From Antedon mediterranea (Eukaryota; Animalia; Echinodermata): a stretch of DNA of 64,000 nt. Below the pieces are notes generated by a model that was given only the letters and a program-made list of their open reading frames with translations, was not told the origin of the DNA and did no database searches. Shown here piece after piece: positions 26,690-38,700 of this stretch. Numbering within the stretch: position 1 is the first letter of the stretch; the number at the start of each line of letters is the position of its first letter. The translations under genes and the position numbers were made by a program. The stretch is from positions 25,991,567-26,055,566 of the forward strand of contig NC_092678.1 in NCBI RefSeq assembly GCF_964355755.1, read 5' to 3'.

Positions 26690-28590
26690 AATGTAATATA
26701 TGAAACATACAATTTACATAGTTTATCACTGTTTTTTATTAGAACCAATATGGTTACACAGTTAAACATAGTGATAAAGAATAGATACTTGTTAGGTTAC
26801 TACCCTACCCTCTAGTTTGAAGCGACATTATAAATTCATCGCGAAAAAAAACGTATCGTATTCAGAAACGTTTGACATTTTGTATAGATATGTTCAATAA
26901 GACAAAACAAATTATAAATTTCAAGACAAATCGATGATTTCAATAATTTGCATTTCTAAAAATTCACACTTATGAAAGACCATACATTTTCAACATATTC
27001 GTTTTACTTCATTGATGATTCTCACAAAAGTATACAATAAAACCATTAGAATATCATAATTTTTTCTGTGTACCGAGTTTAGAAACTTTTTGAATACCAG
27101 ACGTATTTTTTTGTGATGCTTTTTCATTTGAATTGTAGTATAAAATGTCATTGAAACGAGATAAAAATCATACAAGACATGTTATAATAGGTTGCTCTAT
27201 ATACATAACAAAATTAGTCCTTTTTTTTGGGTAAGAATCGCCAATGAAGTAGAAAATTAATAATCATTAATAGTAGGCCTAAAATATAATATTAAATATT
27301 ACAAAGAATATCAAACATTTTATGTTATGAAAAATAAAATTTACATATAAGTTTATCATTGTGTTTTACTATAACCAATTTGGTTAAAAGTTAAACACAG
27401 TGAGTGATAAAGAATAGAACTGTTTTAGTTTATTTAACCCTAACCCTAGTTTGAAGCGATCACATATTTAATATTTATCGCTAAAAATACGTATCGTCTT
27501 GAAAAACGTTTGATATTTGGTAGATATGTTCAATATAGGTTCTTACATCTATAATGCAAAAGAAATATCCTAATAGTTTTATTTTGATTTCTGGGAATCA
27601 TCAATGAAGTAAAAATGTGTTGGAAATGTATGGTCTTTCATAAGTGTAAATGTTTAGAAATGCAAATTATTAAAATCACGAATTTGTCTTGAAACTTTTA
27701 TTTTTTGTTTGTTTTATAGACGTAAGAACCTATTGAACATAATAATTTACCAAATTTCAAATGTTTCTGATTACGATACGTATTTAATTTTTCGCGATGT
27801 ATTAAGTATGTGATCGCTTCAAACTAGGGTTAGAGTTATATAACCTAAAACAGTGTCTATTCTTTATCACTGTGTTTAACTGTGTAACCAAATTGGTTCT
27901 GTAAAACAAGATGATAAACTATGTAACTTGTATTTATTATATTACATTATTTGTTGTATCCTATAATGTAATATGAAAAATAAAATGTACATAGTTTATC
28001 ATTGTGTTGTACTAAAACCAATTTGGTTAAAAGTTAAACACAGTGTTAAAGAATGGAACTGTTAGGTTAACCCTAACCCTAGTTTGAAGCAATCACATAC
28101 TTAATTCATCGATAAAAATACGTATGGTCTTAAAAAACGTTTGAAATTTGATAGATATGTTCAATATAGGTTCTTACATCTATAATGTAAAAGAAATATC
28201 ATAATTTGTTTTATTTTGATTTCTGGGAATCATCAATGAAGTAAAAATGTGTTGGAAAATGTATGGTATTTCATAAGTGTACATTTTTAGAAATGCAAAT
28301 TATTAAAATCACGAATTTTTCGTGAAATTTATATTTTTTGTTTGTTTTATAGACGTAAGAACCTATTAAACATATCTAACAAATTTCAAAAGTTTCTGAA
28401 TACGATATACGTACTTTTTCGCGATGAATTTATTATGTCGCTTCAAACTAGGGTTAGGGTTATATAACCAAAAACAGTATCTATTCTTTATCACTGTGTT
28501 TAACTGTGTCACCAAATTGGTTCTGTAAAACAAGATGATTAACTATGTAAATTGTATTTATTATATTATTACATTATATGTATCCTATTC
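26690..28590. repeat. Nested palindromic ~640-bp units, tandemly duplicated (27330-27960 and 27975-28590), plus a partial copy
   Basis: Arms aaccctaaccctagtttgaagcgatcaca / tgtgatcgcttcaaactagggttag in inverted orientation; share motifs with the 101-bp satellite. Confidence 0.75.
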
Positions 28591-29385
28591 TTTATCATAA
28601 CGTTTAGATAATAAGATATATTTAATATAATATTTTGCTATGTAAATAACATCATATAATAAATGTTTCATTATCATTGTGTTTTACTGTAACCAAATTG
28701 GCTATGGTAAAACACAATACTAAATTTGTATGTAAATGTATCATATTATTATATGTTTCCTATTCTTTATTTGTGTTTTACTGTATCCAACACAGTGCTA
28801 AATATCATTTATCATAGTTTAAATGTTTTACTCTAACCAAATTGGTTATAGTAAAACACAGTGATAAATTACTATGTAAATGTCATTTTGTCATATTATT
28901 AAATGTTTCCTATTCTTTATCATTGTGTTTTACTCTAATCAAATTGGTTATAGTAAAACACAGTGCTAAATTGCTATGTGAATGTCATTTATCATATTAT
29001 TAAATGTTCCTATTCTATATCATTGTGTTTTACTCTAATCAAATTGGTTATAGTAAAACATTGTGCTAAATTGCTATGTAAATAATCATTATTATTAAAT
29101 GTTTCCTATTCTTTATCATTGTGCTTTACTCTAATCAAATTGGTTATAGTAAAACACAGTGCTAAATTGCTATGTGAATGTCATTTATCATATTTTTAAA
29201 TGTTCCTATTCTATATCATTGTGTTTTACTCTAACCAAATTGGTTATAGTAAAACACAGTGCTAAATTGCTATGTAAATGTCGTGTATCATGTTATTAAA
29301 TGTTTCCTATTCTTTATAGTTGTGTTTTACTCTAACCAAATTGGTTATAGTAAAACATTGTGCTAAATTGCTATGTAAATAATCA

Positions 29386-29991
29386 TTATTACCTCCGCCA
29401 AGAAGGTTATGTTTTCACCCCTGTATGTTTGTGTGTGTGTTTGTGTGTTTGTGTGTTTGTGTGTGTGTCTGTGAACAGCCTGGAGGCCACAGTTTTTATC
29501 TGATTCTAACCAAATTTGGACACAATGATCTATGCCCAAAAAGCTCGGACGAGTTCGAATTTGAGGGGGAAAGGTCATAGGTCAAGGTCACAACTAACAA
29601 AAAACTATTTTACTGCCTAGAGACCACAGTTTTGATCCGATTCTCACCAAACTTAGCCACAATGATCAATGACACATCATATAATTGTGGTTAAATTTTG
29701 AAGGGTCAGGGTCAAAGATCAATGTCCACAAAAAAAAAATAAATAAAAAATAAAAAAATAGTAAAAAAAAAAAAAACCCTCAGTGGGACTTGAACCAGCG
29801 ATCTCAACTGTGCGAGGCTGGATACATAACCATTACACCACACTGTCATCCACAACTTTGTAGTGTGCAGTTAACATATTTACACTTAGAACTAATAAAA
29901 AAAAATGTAAAAAAAAAATATTCAGGGGGAATTTTATGTTGGGGAATTTTACAGTAGGCGGAGGTTTGTACTCTCGGAGTACCCTCTAGTT
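29386..29991 (+). mobile_element. Helentron-associated (HINE-like) non-autonomous element
   Basis: 5' ttattacctccgcc and 3' ggcggaggt sub-terminal inverted repeats, (TG)-rich microsatellite, 3' hairpin gtactctcggagtac then ctagtt; inserted in a T-rich site of the satellite. Confidence 0.7.
29777..29847 (-). pseudogene. tRNA-like sequence inside the HINE element
   Basis: Reverse strand has box A TGGTGTAATGG and box B GGTTCAAGTCC at tRNA spacing, but the stems pair poorly. Confidence 0.5.
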
Positions 29992-32752
29992 ATTAAATGT
30001 TTTTACTCTAACCAAATTGGTTATAGTAAAACACAGTGCTAAATTGCTATGTAAATAATCATTATTATTAAATGTTTCCTATTCTTTATCATTGTGCTTT
30101 ACTCTAATCAATTTGGTTATAGTAAAACACAGTGCTAAATTGCTATGTAAATGTCATTTATCATATTATTAAATGTTTCCTATTCTTTATCATTGTGTTT
30201 TACTTTAACCAAATTGGTTATAGTAAAACACAGTGATAAATTGCTATGTGAATGTCATTTATCATATTATTAAATGTTTCCTATTCTTTATCATTGTGTT
30301 TTACTCTAACCAAATTGGTTATAGTAAAACACAGTGCTAAATTGCTATGTAAATGTCATTTATCAAATTATTAAATGTTTCCTATTCTTTTTCATTGTGT
30401 TTTACTTTCCAAATTGGTTATAGTAAAACACAGTGCTAAATTGCTATGTAATTTATCAAATTACTAAACGTTTCGTATTCTATATAATTTTGTTTGACTC
30501 TAACCAAATTGGTTATAGTAAAACACAGTGATACATTGATATGTAATGTCATTTATCATATTATTAAATGTTTCCTATTCTTTATCATTGTGCTTTACTC
30601 TAACCAAATTGGTTATAGTAAAACACAGTGATACATTGATATGTAATGTCATTTATCATATTATTAAATGTTTTCTATTCTATATCATTGTGTTTTACTA
30701 TAACCAAATTGGTTATAGTAAAACACAGTGATAAATTACTATGTAAATGTCATTTTGTCATATTATTAAATGTTTCCTATTCTTTATCATTATGTTTTAC
30801 TCTAACCAAATTGGTTATAGTAAAACACAGTGATAAATTACTATGTAAATGTCATTTTGTCATATTATTAAATGTTTCCTATTCTTTATCATTGTGTTTT
30901 ACTCTAACCAAATTGGTTATAGTAAAACATTGTGCTAAATTGCTATGTAAATGTAATTTATCATATTATTAAATGTTTCCTATTCTTTATCATTGTGCTT
31001 TACTCTAATCAAATTGGTTATAGTAAAACACAGTGCTAAATTGCTATGTGAATGTCATTTATCATATTATTAAATGTTCCTATTCTATATCATTGTGTTT
31101 TACTCTAATCAAATTGGTTATAGTAAAAAATTGTGCTAAATTGCTATGTAAATAATCATTATTATTAAATGTTTCCTATTCTTTATCATTGTGCTTTACT
31201 CTAATCAATTTGGTTATAGTAAAACACAGTGCTAAATTGCTATGTGAATGTCATTTATCATATTATTAAATGTTCCTATTCTATATCATTGTGTTTTACT
31301 CTAACCAAATTGGTTATAGTAAAACACAGTGCTAAATTGCTATGTAAATGTCATTTATCAAATTATTAAATGTTTCCTATTCTTTTTCATTGTGTTTTAC
31401 TTTCCAAATTGGTTATAGTAAAACACAGTGCTAAATTGCTATGTAAATGTCATTTATCATATTATTAAATGTTTCCTATTCTTTATCATTGTGTTTTACT
31501 TTAACCAAATTGGTTATAGTAAAACACAGTGATAAATTGCTATGTGAATGTCATTTATCATATTATTAAATGTTTCCTATTCTTTATCATTGTGTTTTAC
31601 TCTAACCAAATTGGTTATAGTAAAACACAGTGCTAAATTGCTATGTAAATGTCATTTATCAAATTATTAAATGTTTCCTATTCTTTTTCATTGTGTTTTA
31701 CTTTCCAAATTGGTTATAGTAAAACACAGTGCTAAATTGCTATGTAATTTATCAAATTACTAAACGTTTCGTATTCTATATAATTTTGTTTGACTCTAAC
31801 CAAATTGGTTATAGTAAAACACAGTGATACATTGATATGTAATGTCATTTATCATATTATTAAATGTTTCCTATTCTATATCATTGTGTTTTACTATAAC
31901 CAAATTGGTTATAGTAAAACACAGTGCTAAATTGCTATGTAAATGTCATTTATCATATTATTAAATGTTTCCTATTCTTTATCATTATGTTTTACTCTAA
32001 CCAAATTGGTTATAGTAAAACACAGTGCTAAATTGCTATGTAAATGTCATTTATCATATTATTAAATGTTTCCTATTCTTTATCATTGTGTTTTACTCTA
32101 ACCAAATTGGTTATAGTAAAACACAGTATATTTTAACTCAGCAACATGTATAACATCGCCGCAAAATTGTTTATACGTTTATTTTGATTGGCTAACTAAA
32201 GTACGGTCTAATGAATAATTGATATCAGAAGATTCCCTAGCTTAGTAAAAAAGTTGTATTACCAAAAATATGCTGATTACGTCACTACCGGAAGTTGTAG
32301 TCTAGCATGATTCAGACGCAATTGATTATGTACGTTTGTTAAACATATAAAAAGCTGTAAATTACCACAAAACGACGATAGGAAAGAATTCAAAGAAATG
32401 CCCTACGTGTTCAAAATCATTGTTTTAATATAGTCTGTATGTATAACTAACAATTGACCTTGTGGAAGAGCGTATAAATTTAATTTAAAGTAAAACATGA
32501 TTTACTCGCCAATTTGGTATTGGATATATAGCTCGGCCACGAGACGATCGATCAAATAAAGTTTTGTTGTTGTTTTACATAAACTTTGAACTTTTAACAT
32601 TCGGCGGTACGTGTGTGCTAGAGTGTGATGATATGTGTGTCGTGTGTGTGCAGTGATGTATGTCGTGTGTGTGGTGGCGCAAAAATTAAATGCTTGTTGC
32701 GCGCAAAATCGTCGTCTCCGATCCCCTATTTAAAAATTAAATAACAACCAAA

Positions 32753-35700
32753 ATGTCTTATAGAAATGGTATTGGTTCTCGCGATGTAAGAATTGAATTG
32801 ACAATTTTTAATTAGTAGAGGCTATATTAAATATAGGCTAGCCTACGCCTGGCCAGGCCAGGCCTACCCTAAAATAATCTAGCTAGCCTAGCCTATAATA
32901 ATAGGCCTAGCCCTAGGCTAGTAGGCTAGGCTGCACGTACTGTACTCTGTAAGTGTAACTAAAGAGTGAGCAGCGGTCCACTAGAGTATAGCATAAGCAT
33001 AGATAGGTAGGCCTCCTTCCTAGTCCAGGCCTAGGTAGGATGGATTCTAATAATATATATATGGGCCCTCCTAAATACCAAGAATAAGATCCCTACCAAG
33101 TCCTATCAATTATAACCAAGCCATACTAGGCCTACAAGTATAAAGTGTAAATTATACAACATTTAATAAATAGGATATTTAATTTAGGCCTCTAAAAGAG
33201 AGTGTTAATTGCATTTTTATCAATAAAATCATACGTTAAATTAGCAATTACCCTCTCAGAAGGGTCAATACTAGTTATTTTCAACATTTTTGACAACAAA
33301 AGTACCTCAAAATGGTATCATTTTTTATTGAATATTGAGGAAAATGCAATTAACACTCTGTATGGCTTGGTACGAGCTAGGTATTTGGGAGGACTATAAG
33401 TACAAAAGGCCTACCATAAAAAATATAATATAAATTATTAAAAAAAAAGATTATGAAATGCAATTAATACTCAGTCTAGACTACTCTAATAATAGATGCT
33501 GAATAAGAAAATACCAGAAAACCCAAAATACAAGGATGTAAAGACAAAACTGGACACAGGTAGGCCTAATAATAATAGTAATTTTGTTCCTGTTTATATA
33601 AAAAGAGATCTATTCTTAATTAAGTTTGCGACCTTAAAAAAGATTAATGTGCCCTAAAAAGGGTTATAAATTGTTTCTGATGCAACGTCATTCTATTGTA
33701 CTTGATACAGATAATTCAAACCTTCATGCCTTTTGTGCATTACTCGGGCCTTTAGTAGTAGAATTTCAATAAAGTTTTATAATCATAACAATGTTTTGCA
33801 CATTTTTTCAGGTGCTAGCTTATCAAGGTATATGATGAAAATTGAAGATATTCGTAAAAGTGAGTTAACTAACTTAATATTGCATTGTGGATTACATAGT
33901 TTCTTTCATTATACACAATCATCATCATTGTGTATAGTATTATGTACAATGTTTAATTTTTGAATATTTTCACGTTTGGCATTGTGTTTAGATTACATAA
34001 GCTTATCTCAAACTCTATTCAACAGTATAGAGTATAATAGGAATATATTGGTTACCATGGTAATTCATTGTCCAAAGTGTACTTTGGTTTGTCAATGACG
34101 AATACAAAAGAGCTGCCATCATTGCTACATTCATTTCTAATTTATATTGGTTGCTATGGTTACAGATACACCTGGTTGACGCATGCAGTCAGCAGACTGC
34201 TCAATAATATATTTGATGTTTGGAATTTACTCATCGTGTGTGTTTGTGTTTATTCTGTTTGATTTAAGTCTTATCGGTTTTTTGTAGTTCTCTATTTGTG
34301 TTAATAACATTCAGTGGAATCATTGTATTGATGAATTTGTTAAGGAAATCTGTGAAATCAATCAGTTCACTTGATAACAGTATCGACTTTGCTGTCAACA
34401 ATTACTAGTTAACTAGGATTGTGAAAAAATATAGGTTGTTTTTGTGTCTGGATTTGGTTTCAGGAAATTTTGTTAGAATACTTGTTTGCAGCAGGACTGT
34501 AATGTCAATTAGTAATAGGTCAATGGGCCATGTGACTAGTTTCCAAAGCTCAGAACGTAAGCATGTCTCATTTGGTAGTGAGACAGGGAAACACCGTACA
34601 TTTGGACGGCCGTCAAATGTAAAGCTTTTACGGAATAGGTTAACATTGAAGGTGCTTAAAGGTGAATTAACAGGTAGGCTGCCGTCATCCAAAAGTTTAC
34701 CAAAAATTGTTTATATTTTATCGTGTCATTGTTTTTTATTTGTTATCCAAAAGTTTACCAAAAATGGTTTATATTTTATCGTGTAATTGTTTTTTTTATT
34801 TCTTATCACCTTTCGCCATTCTTTTAACTACTAATTACAGATTTTAATGGTTTTTAAGATTACAGATATAAGAAAGATGAAATATTTAAACGAATGAAAG
34901 TGACTACATTTGTGCAATTGGTAAGGTTTTTTTTTATAATATTAGTAAATTTCAACAATAATTGTATAGTACTGTTTAATCTTTGTACTGTATATTTGTT
35001 AGTGTTATACTCATCAATCAATCATCGACATTTTTATTCCATAATCAAAATAAGAACGTATACAAATACATGGCTGTCAACAGCAAATTAATTTGTGTAT
35101 CAAAAGAATGATTGGTTTTTATTTTAATTTGTGTATGGTATCAAAAGAATGATTGGTTTTTTTCAGGTTTTGCAAGTTCATGCAATTCAAGATCTGGAAG
35201 ACAGTGCATTGGCAGAAGGAGGTAAATTGGTGGCAACAAGCATTGCCTTAGTACTACAACTTACTAGTCTGTAGACTACATGCAATTGCCTTAGTACTAC
35301 AACTTAGTAGCCTCTAGACTATTGTGTATTTCCTTAGTACTACAACTTAGTAGCCTCTAGACTATTGTGTATTTCCTTAGTACTACAACTTACTAGTCTG
35401 TAGACTACATGCATTGCCTTAATACTACAACTTAGTAGCCTCTAGACTATTGTGTATTTCCTTAGTACTACAACTTACTAGTCTGTAGACTACATACATT
35501 GCCATAGGGTTAGGGGTTAGGGTTAGAGAGTGAACAAAGAGTACCTAGGGATAGGAAGAAACCACTAGGAATGTTAATAGATGGAGTAGGGAGAAATAGT
35601 GAAAAAGGGTTGTTGACCTGATGGTCAGAGTGTTACACTAGTGATGTGCAGGTTGGTCTAGCAACTCAAATTAACTATACAGACAAGTAATAAGACATTC

Positions 35701-38700
35701 AATGTTTATCATACTAGTGATGTGCAGGTTGGTTTAGTAACTCAAATTAACTATACAGACAAGTAATAAGACATTCAATGTGTATCATACTAGTGATGTG
35801 AAGGTTGGTTTAGTAACTCAAATTAACTATACAGACAAGTAATAAGACATTCAATGTGTATCATACTAGTGATGTGCAGGTTGGTTTAGTAACTCAAATT
35901 AACTATACAGACAAGTAATAAGACATTCAATGTGTATCATACTAGTGATGTGCAGGTTGGTTTAGCAACTCAAATTAACTATACAGACAAGTAATAAGAC
36001 ATTCAATGTGTAACATGCTAGTGATGTGCAGGTTTGTTTAGCAACTCAAATTAACTATACAGACAAGTAATAAGACATTCAATGTGTATCATACTAGTGA
36101 TGTGCAGGTTAGTTTAGCAACTCAAATTAACTATACAGACACGTAATAAGACATTCAATGTGTATCATACTAGTGATGTGCAGGTTGGTTTAGCAACTCA
36201 AATTAACTATACAGACAAGTAATAAGACATTCAATGTGTATCATACTAGTGATGTGCAGGTTAGTTTAGCAACTCAAATTAACTATACAGACAAGTAATA
36301 AGACATTCAATGTGTAACATACTAGTGATGTGCAGGTTGGTTTAGCAACTCAAATTAACTATACAGACAAGTAATAAGACATTCAATGTGTATCATACTA
36401 GTGATGTGCAGGTTGGTTTAGTAACTCAAATTAACTATACAGACAAGTAATAAGACATTCAATGTGTAACATACTAGTGATGTGCAGGTTGGTTTAGCAA
36501 CTCAAATTAACTATACAGACAAGTAATAAGACATTCAATGTGTATCATACTAGTGATGTGCAGGTTGGTTTAGTAACTCAAATTAACTATACAGACAAGT
36601 AATAAGACATTCAATGTGTAACATACTAGTGATGTGCAGGTTGGTTTAGCAACTCAAATTAACTATACAGACAAGTAATAAGACATTCAATGTGTAACAT
36701 ACTAGTGATGTGCAGGTTGGTTTAGTAACTCAAATTAACTATACAGACAAGTAATAAGACATTCAATGTGTATCATACTAGTGATGTGCAGGTTGGTTTA
36801 GCAACTCAAATTAACTATACAGACAAGTAATAAGACATTCAATGTGTATCATACTAGTGATGTGCAGGTTGGTTTAGCAACTCAAATTAACTATACAGAC
36901 AAGTAATAAGACATTCAATGTGTATCATACTAGTGATGTGCAGGTTGGTTTAGTAACTCAAATTAACTATACAGACAAGTAATAAGACATTCAATGTGTA
37001 ACATGCTAGTGATGTGCAGGTTTGTTTAGCAACTCAAATTAACTATACAGACAAGTAATAAGACATTCAATGTGTAACATGCTAGTGATGTGCAGGTTTG
37101 TTTAGCAACTCAAATTAACTATACAGACAAGTAATAAGACATTCAATGTGTATCATACTAGTGATGTGCAGGTTAGTTTAGCAACTCAAATTAACTATAC
37201 AGACAAGTAATAAGACATTCAATGTGTAACATACTAGTGATGTGCAGGTTGGTTTAGTAACTCAAATTAACTATACAGACAAGTAATAAGACATTCAATG
37301 TGTATCATACTAGTGATGTGCAGGTTGGTTTAGCAACTCAAATTAACTATACAGACAAGTAATAAGACATTCAATGTGTAACATGCTAGTGATGTGCAGG
37401 TTTGTTTAGCAACTCAAATTAACTATACAGACAAGTAATAAGACATTCAATGTGTATCATACTAGTGATGTGCAGGTTTGTTTAGCAACTCAAATTAACT
37501 ATACAGACAAGTAATAAGACATTCAATGTGTAACATACTAGTGATGTGAAGGTTGGTTTAGTAACTCAAATTAACTATACAGACAAGTAATAAGACATTC
37601 AATGTGTATCATACTAGTGATGTGCAGGTTGGTTTAGCAACTCAAATTAACTATACAGACAAGTAATAAGACATTCAATGTGTAACATGCTAGTGATGTG
37701 CAGGTTGGTTTAGTAACTCAAATTAACTATACAGACAAGTAATAAGACATTCAATGTGTAACATGCTAGTGATGTGCAGGTTTGTTTAGCAACTCAAATT
37801 AACTATACAGACAAGTAATAAGACATTCAATGTGTAACATGCTAGTGATGTGCAGGTTTGTTTAGCAACTCAAATTAACTATACAGACAAGTAATAAGAC
37901 ATTCAATGTGTAACATACTAGTGATGTGCAGGTTGGTTTAGCAACTCAAATTAACTATACAGACAAGTAATAAGACATTCAATGTGTATCATGCTAGTGA
38001 TGTGCAGGTTGGTTTAGCAACTCAAATTAACTATACAGACAAGTAATAAGACATTCAATGTGTAACATGCTAGTGATGTGCAGGTTGGTTTAGCAACTCA
38101 AATTAACTATACAGACAAGTAATAAGACATTCAATGTGTATCATGCTAGTGATGTGCAGGTTGGTTTAGCAACTCAAATTAACTATACAGACAAGTAATA
38201 AGACATTCAATGTGTAACATGCTAGTGATGTGCAGGTTTGTTTAGCAACTCAAATTAACTATACAGACAAGTAATAAGACATTCAATGTGTATCATACTA
38301 GTGATGTGCAGGTTGGTTTAGCAACTCAAATTAACTATACAGACAAGTAATAAGACATTCAATGTGTAACATACTAGTGATGTGCAGGTTGGTTTAGCAA
38401 CTCAAATTAACTATACAGACAAGTAATAAGACATTCAATGTGTATCATGCTAGTGATGTGCAGGTTGGTTTAGCAACTCAAATTAACTATACAGACAAGT
38501 AATAAGACATTCAATGTGTAACATGCTAGTGATGTGCAGGTTGGTTTAGCAACTCAAATTAACTATACAGACAAGTAATAAGACATTCAATGTGTATCAT
38601 GCTAGTGATGTGCAGGTTGGTTTAGCAACTCAAATTAACTATACAGACAAGTAATAAGACATTCAATGTGTAACATGCTAGTGATGTGCAGGTTTGTTTA

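Larger units (their letters stand above)
28800..32128 (-). repeat. 101-bp satellite, right arm (inverted relative to 24018-24860), interrupted by a HINE-like insertion
   Basis: Reverse complement of the left-arm unit, ~27 copies. Confidence 0.9.
23801..32534. mobile_element. ~8.7-kb non-autonomous foldback-like DNA transposon with TIRs and a 7-8 bp TSD
   Basis: Imperfect ~48-bp TIRs (core ataccaaactggcgagtaaatcatgttttacttt at 23815-23848 vs its reverse complement at 32487-32520, one mismatch); flanking direct repeat (c)ggccacg at 23793-23800 and 32534-32541; inverted 101-bp satellite arms inside; no transposase ORF. Confidence 0.65.

Noticed and set aside
29777-29847. Functional tRNA gene
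   Set aside because: Acceptor, anticodon and T stems pair poorly, and it lies inside a mobile element
23801-32534. Autonomous transposon or hidden gene inside the foldback element
   Set aside because: Only short repeat-derived ORFs; no transposase motifs seen
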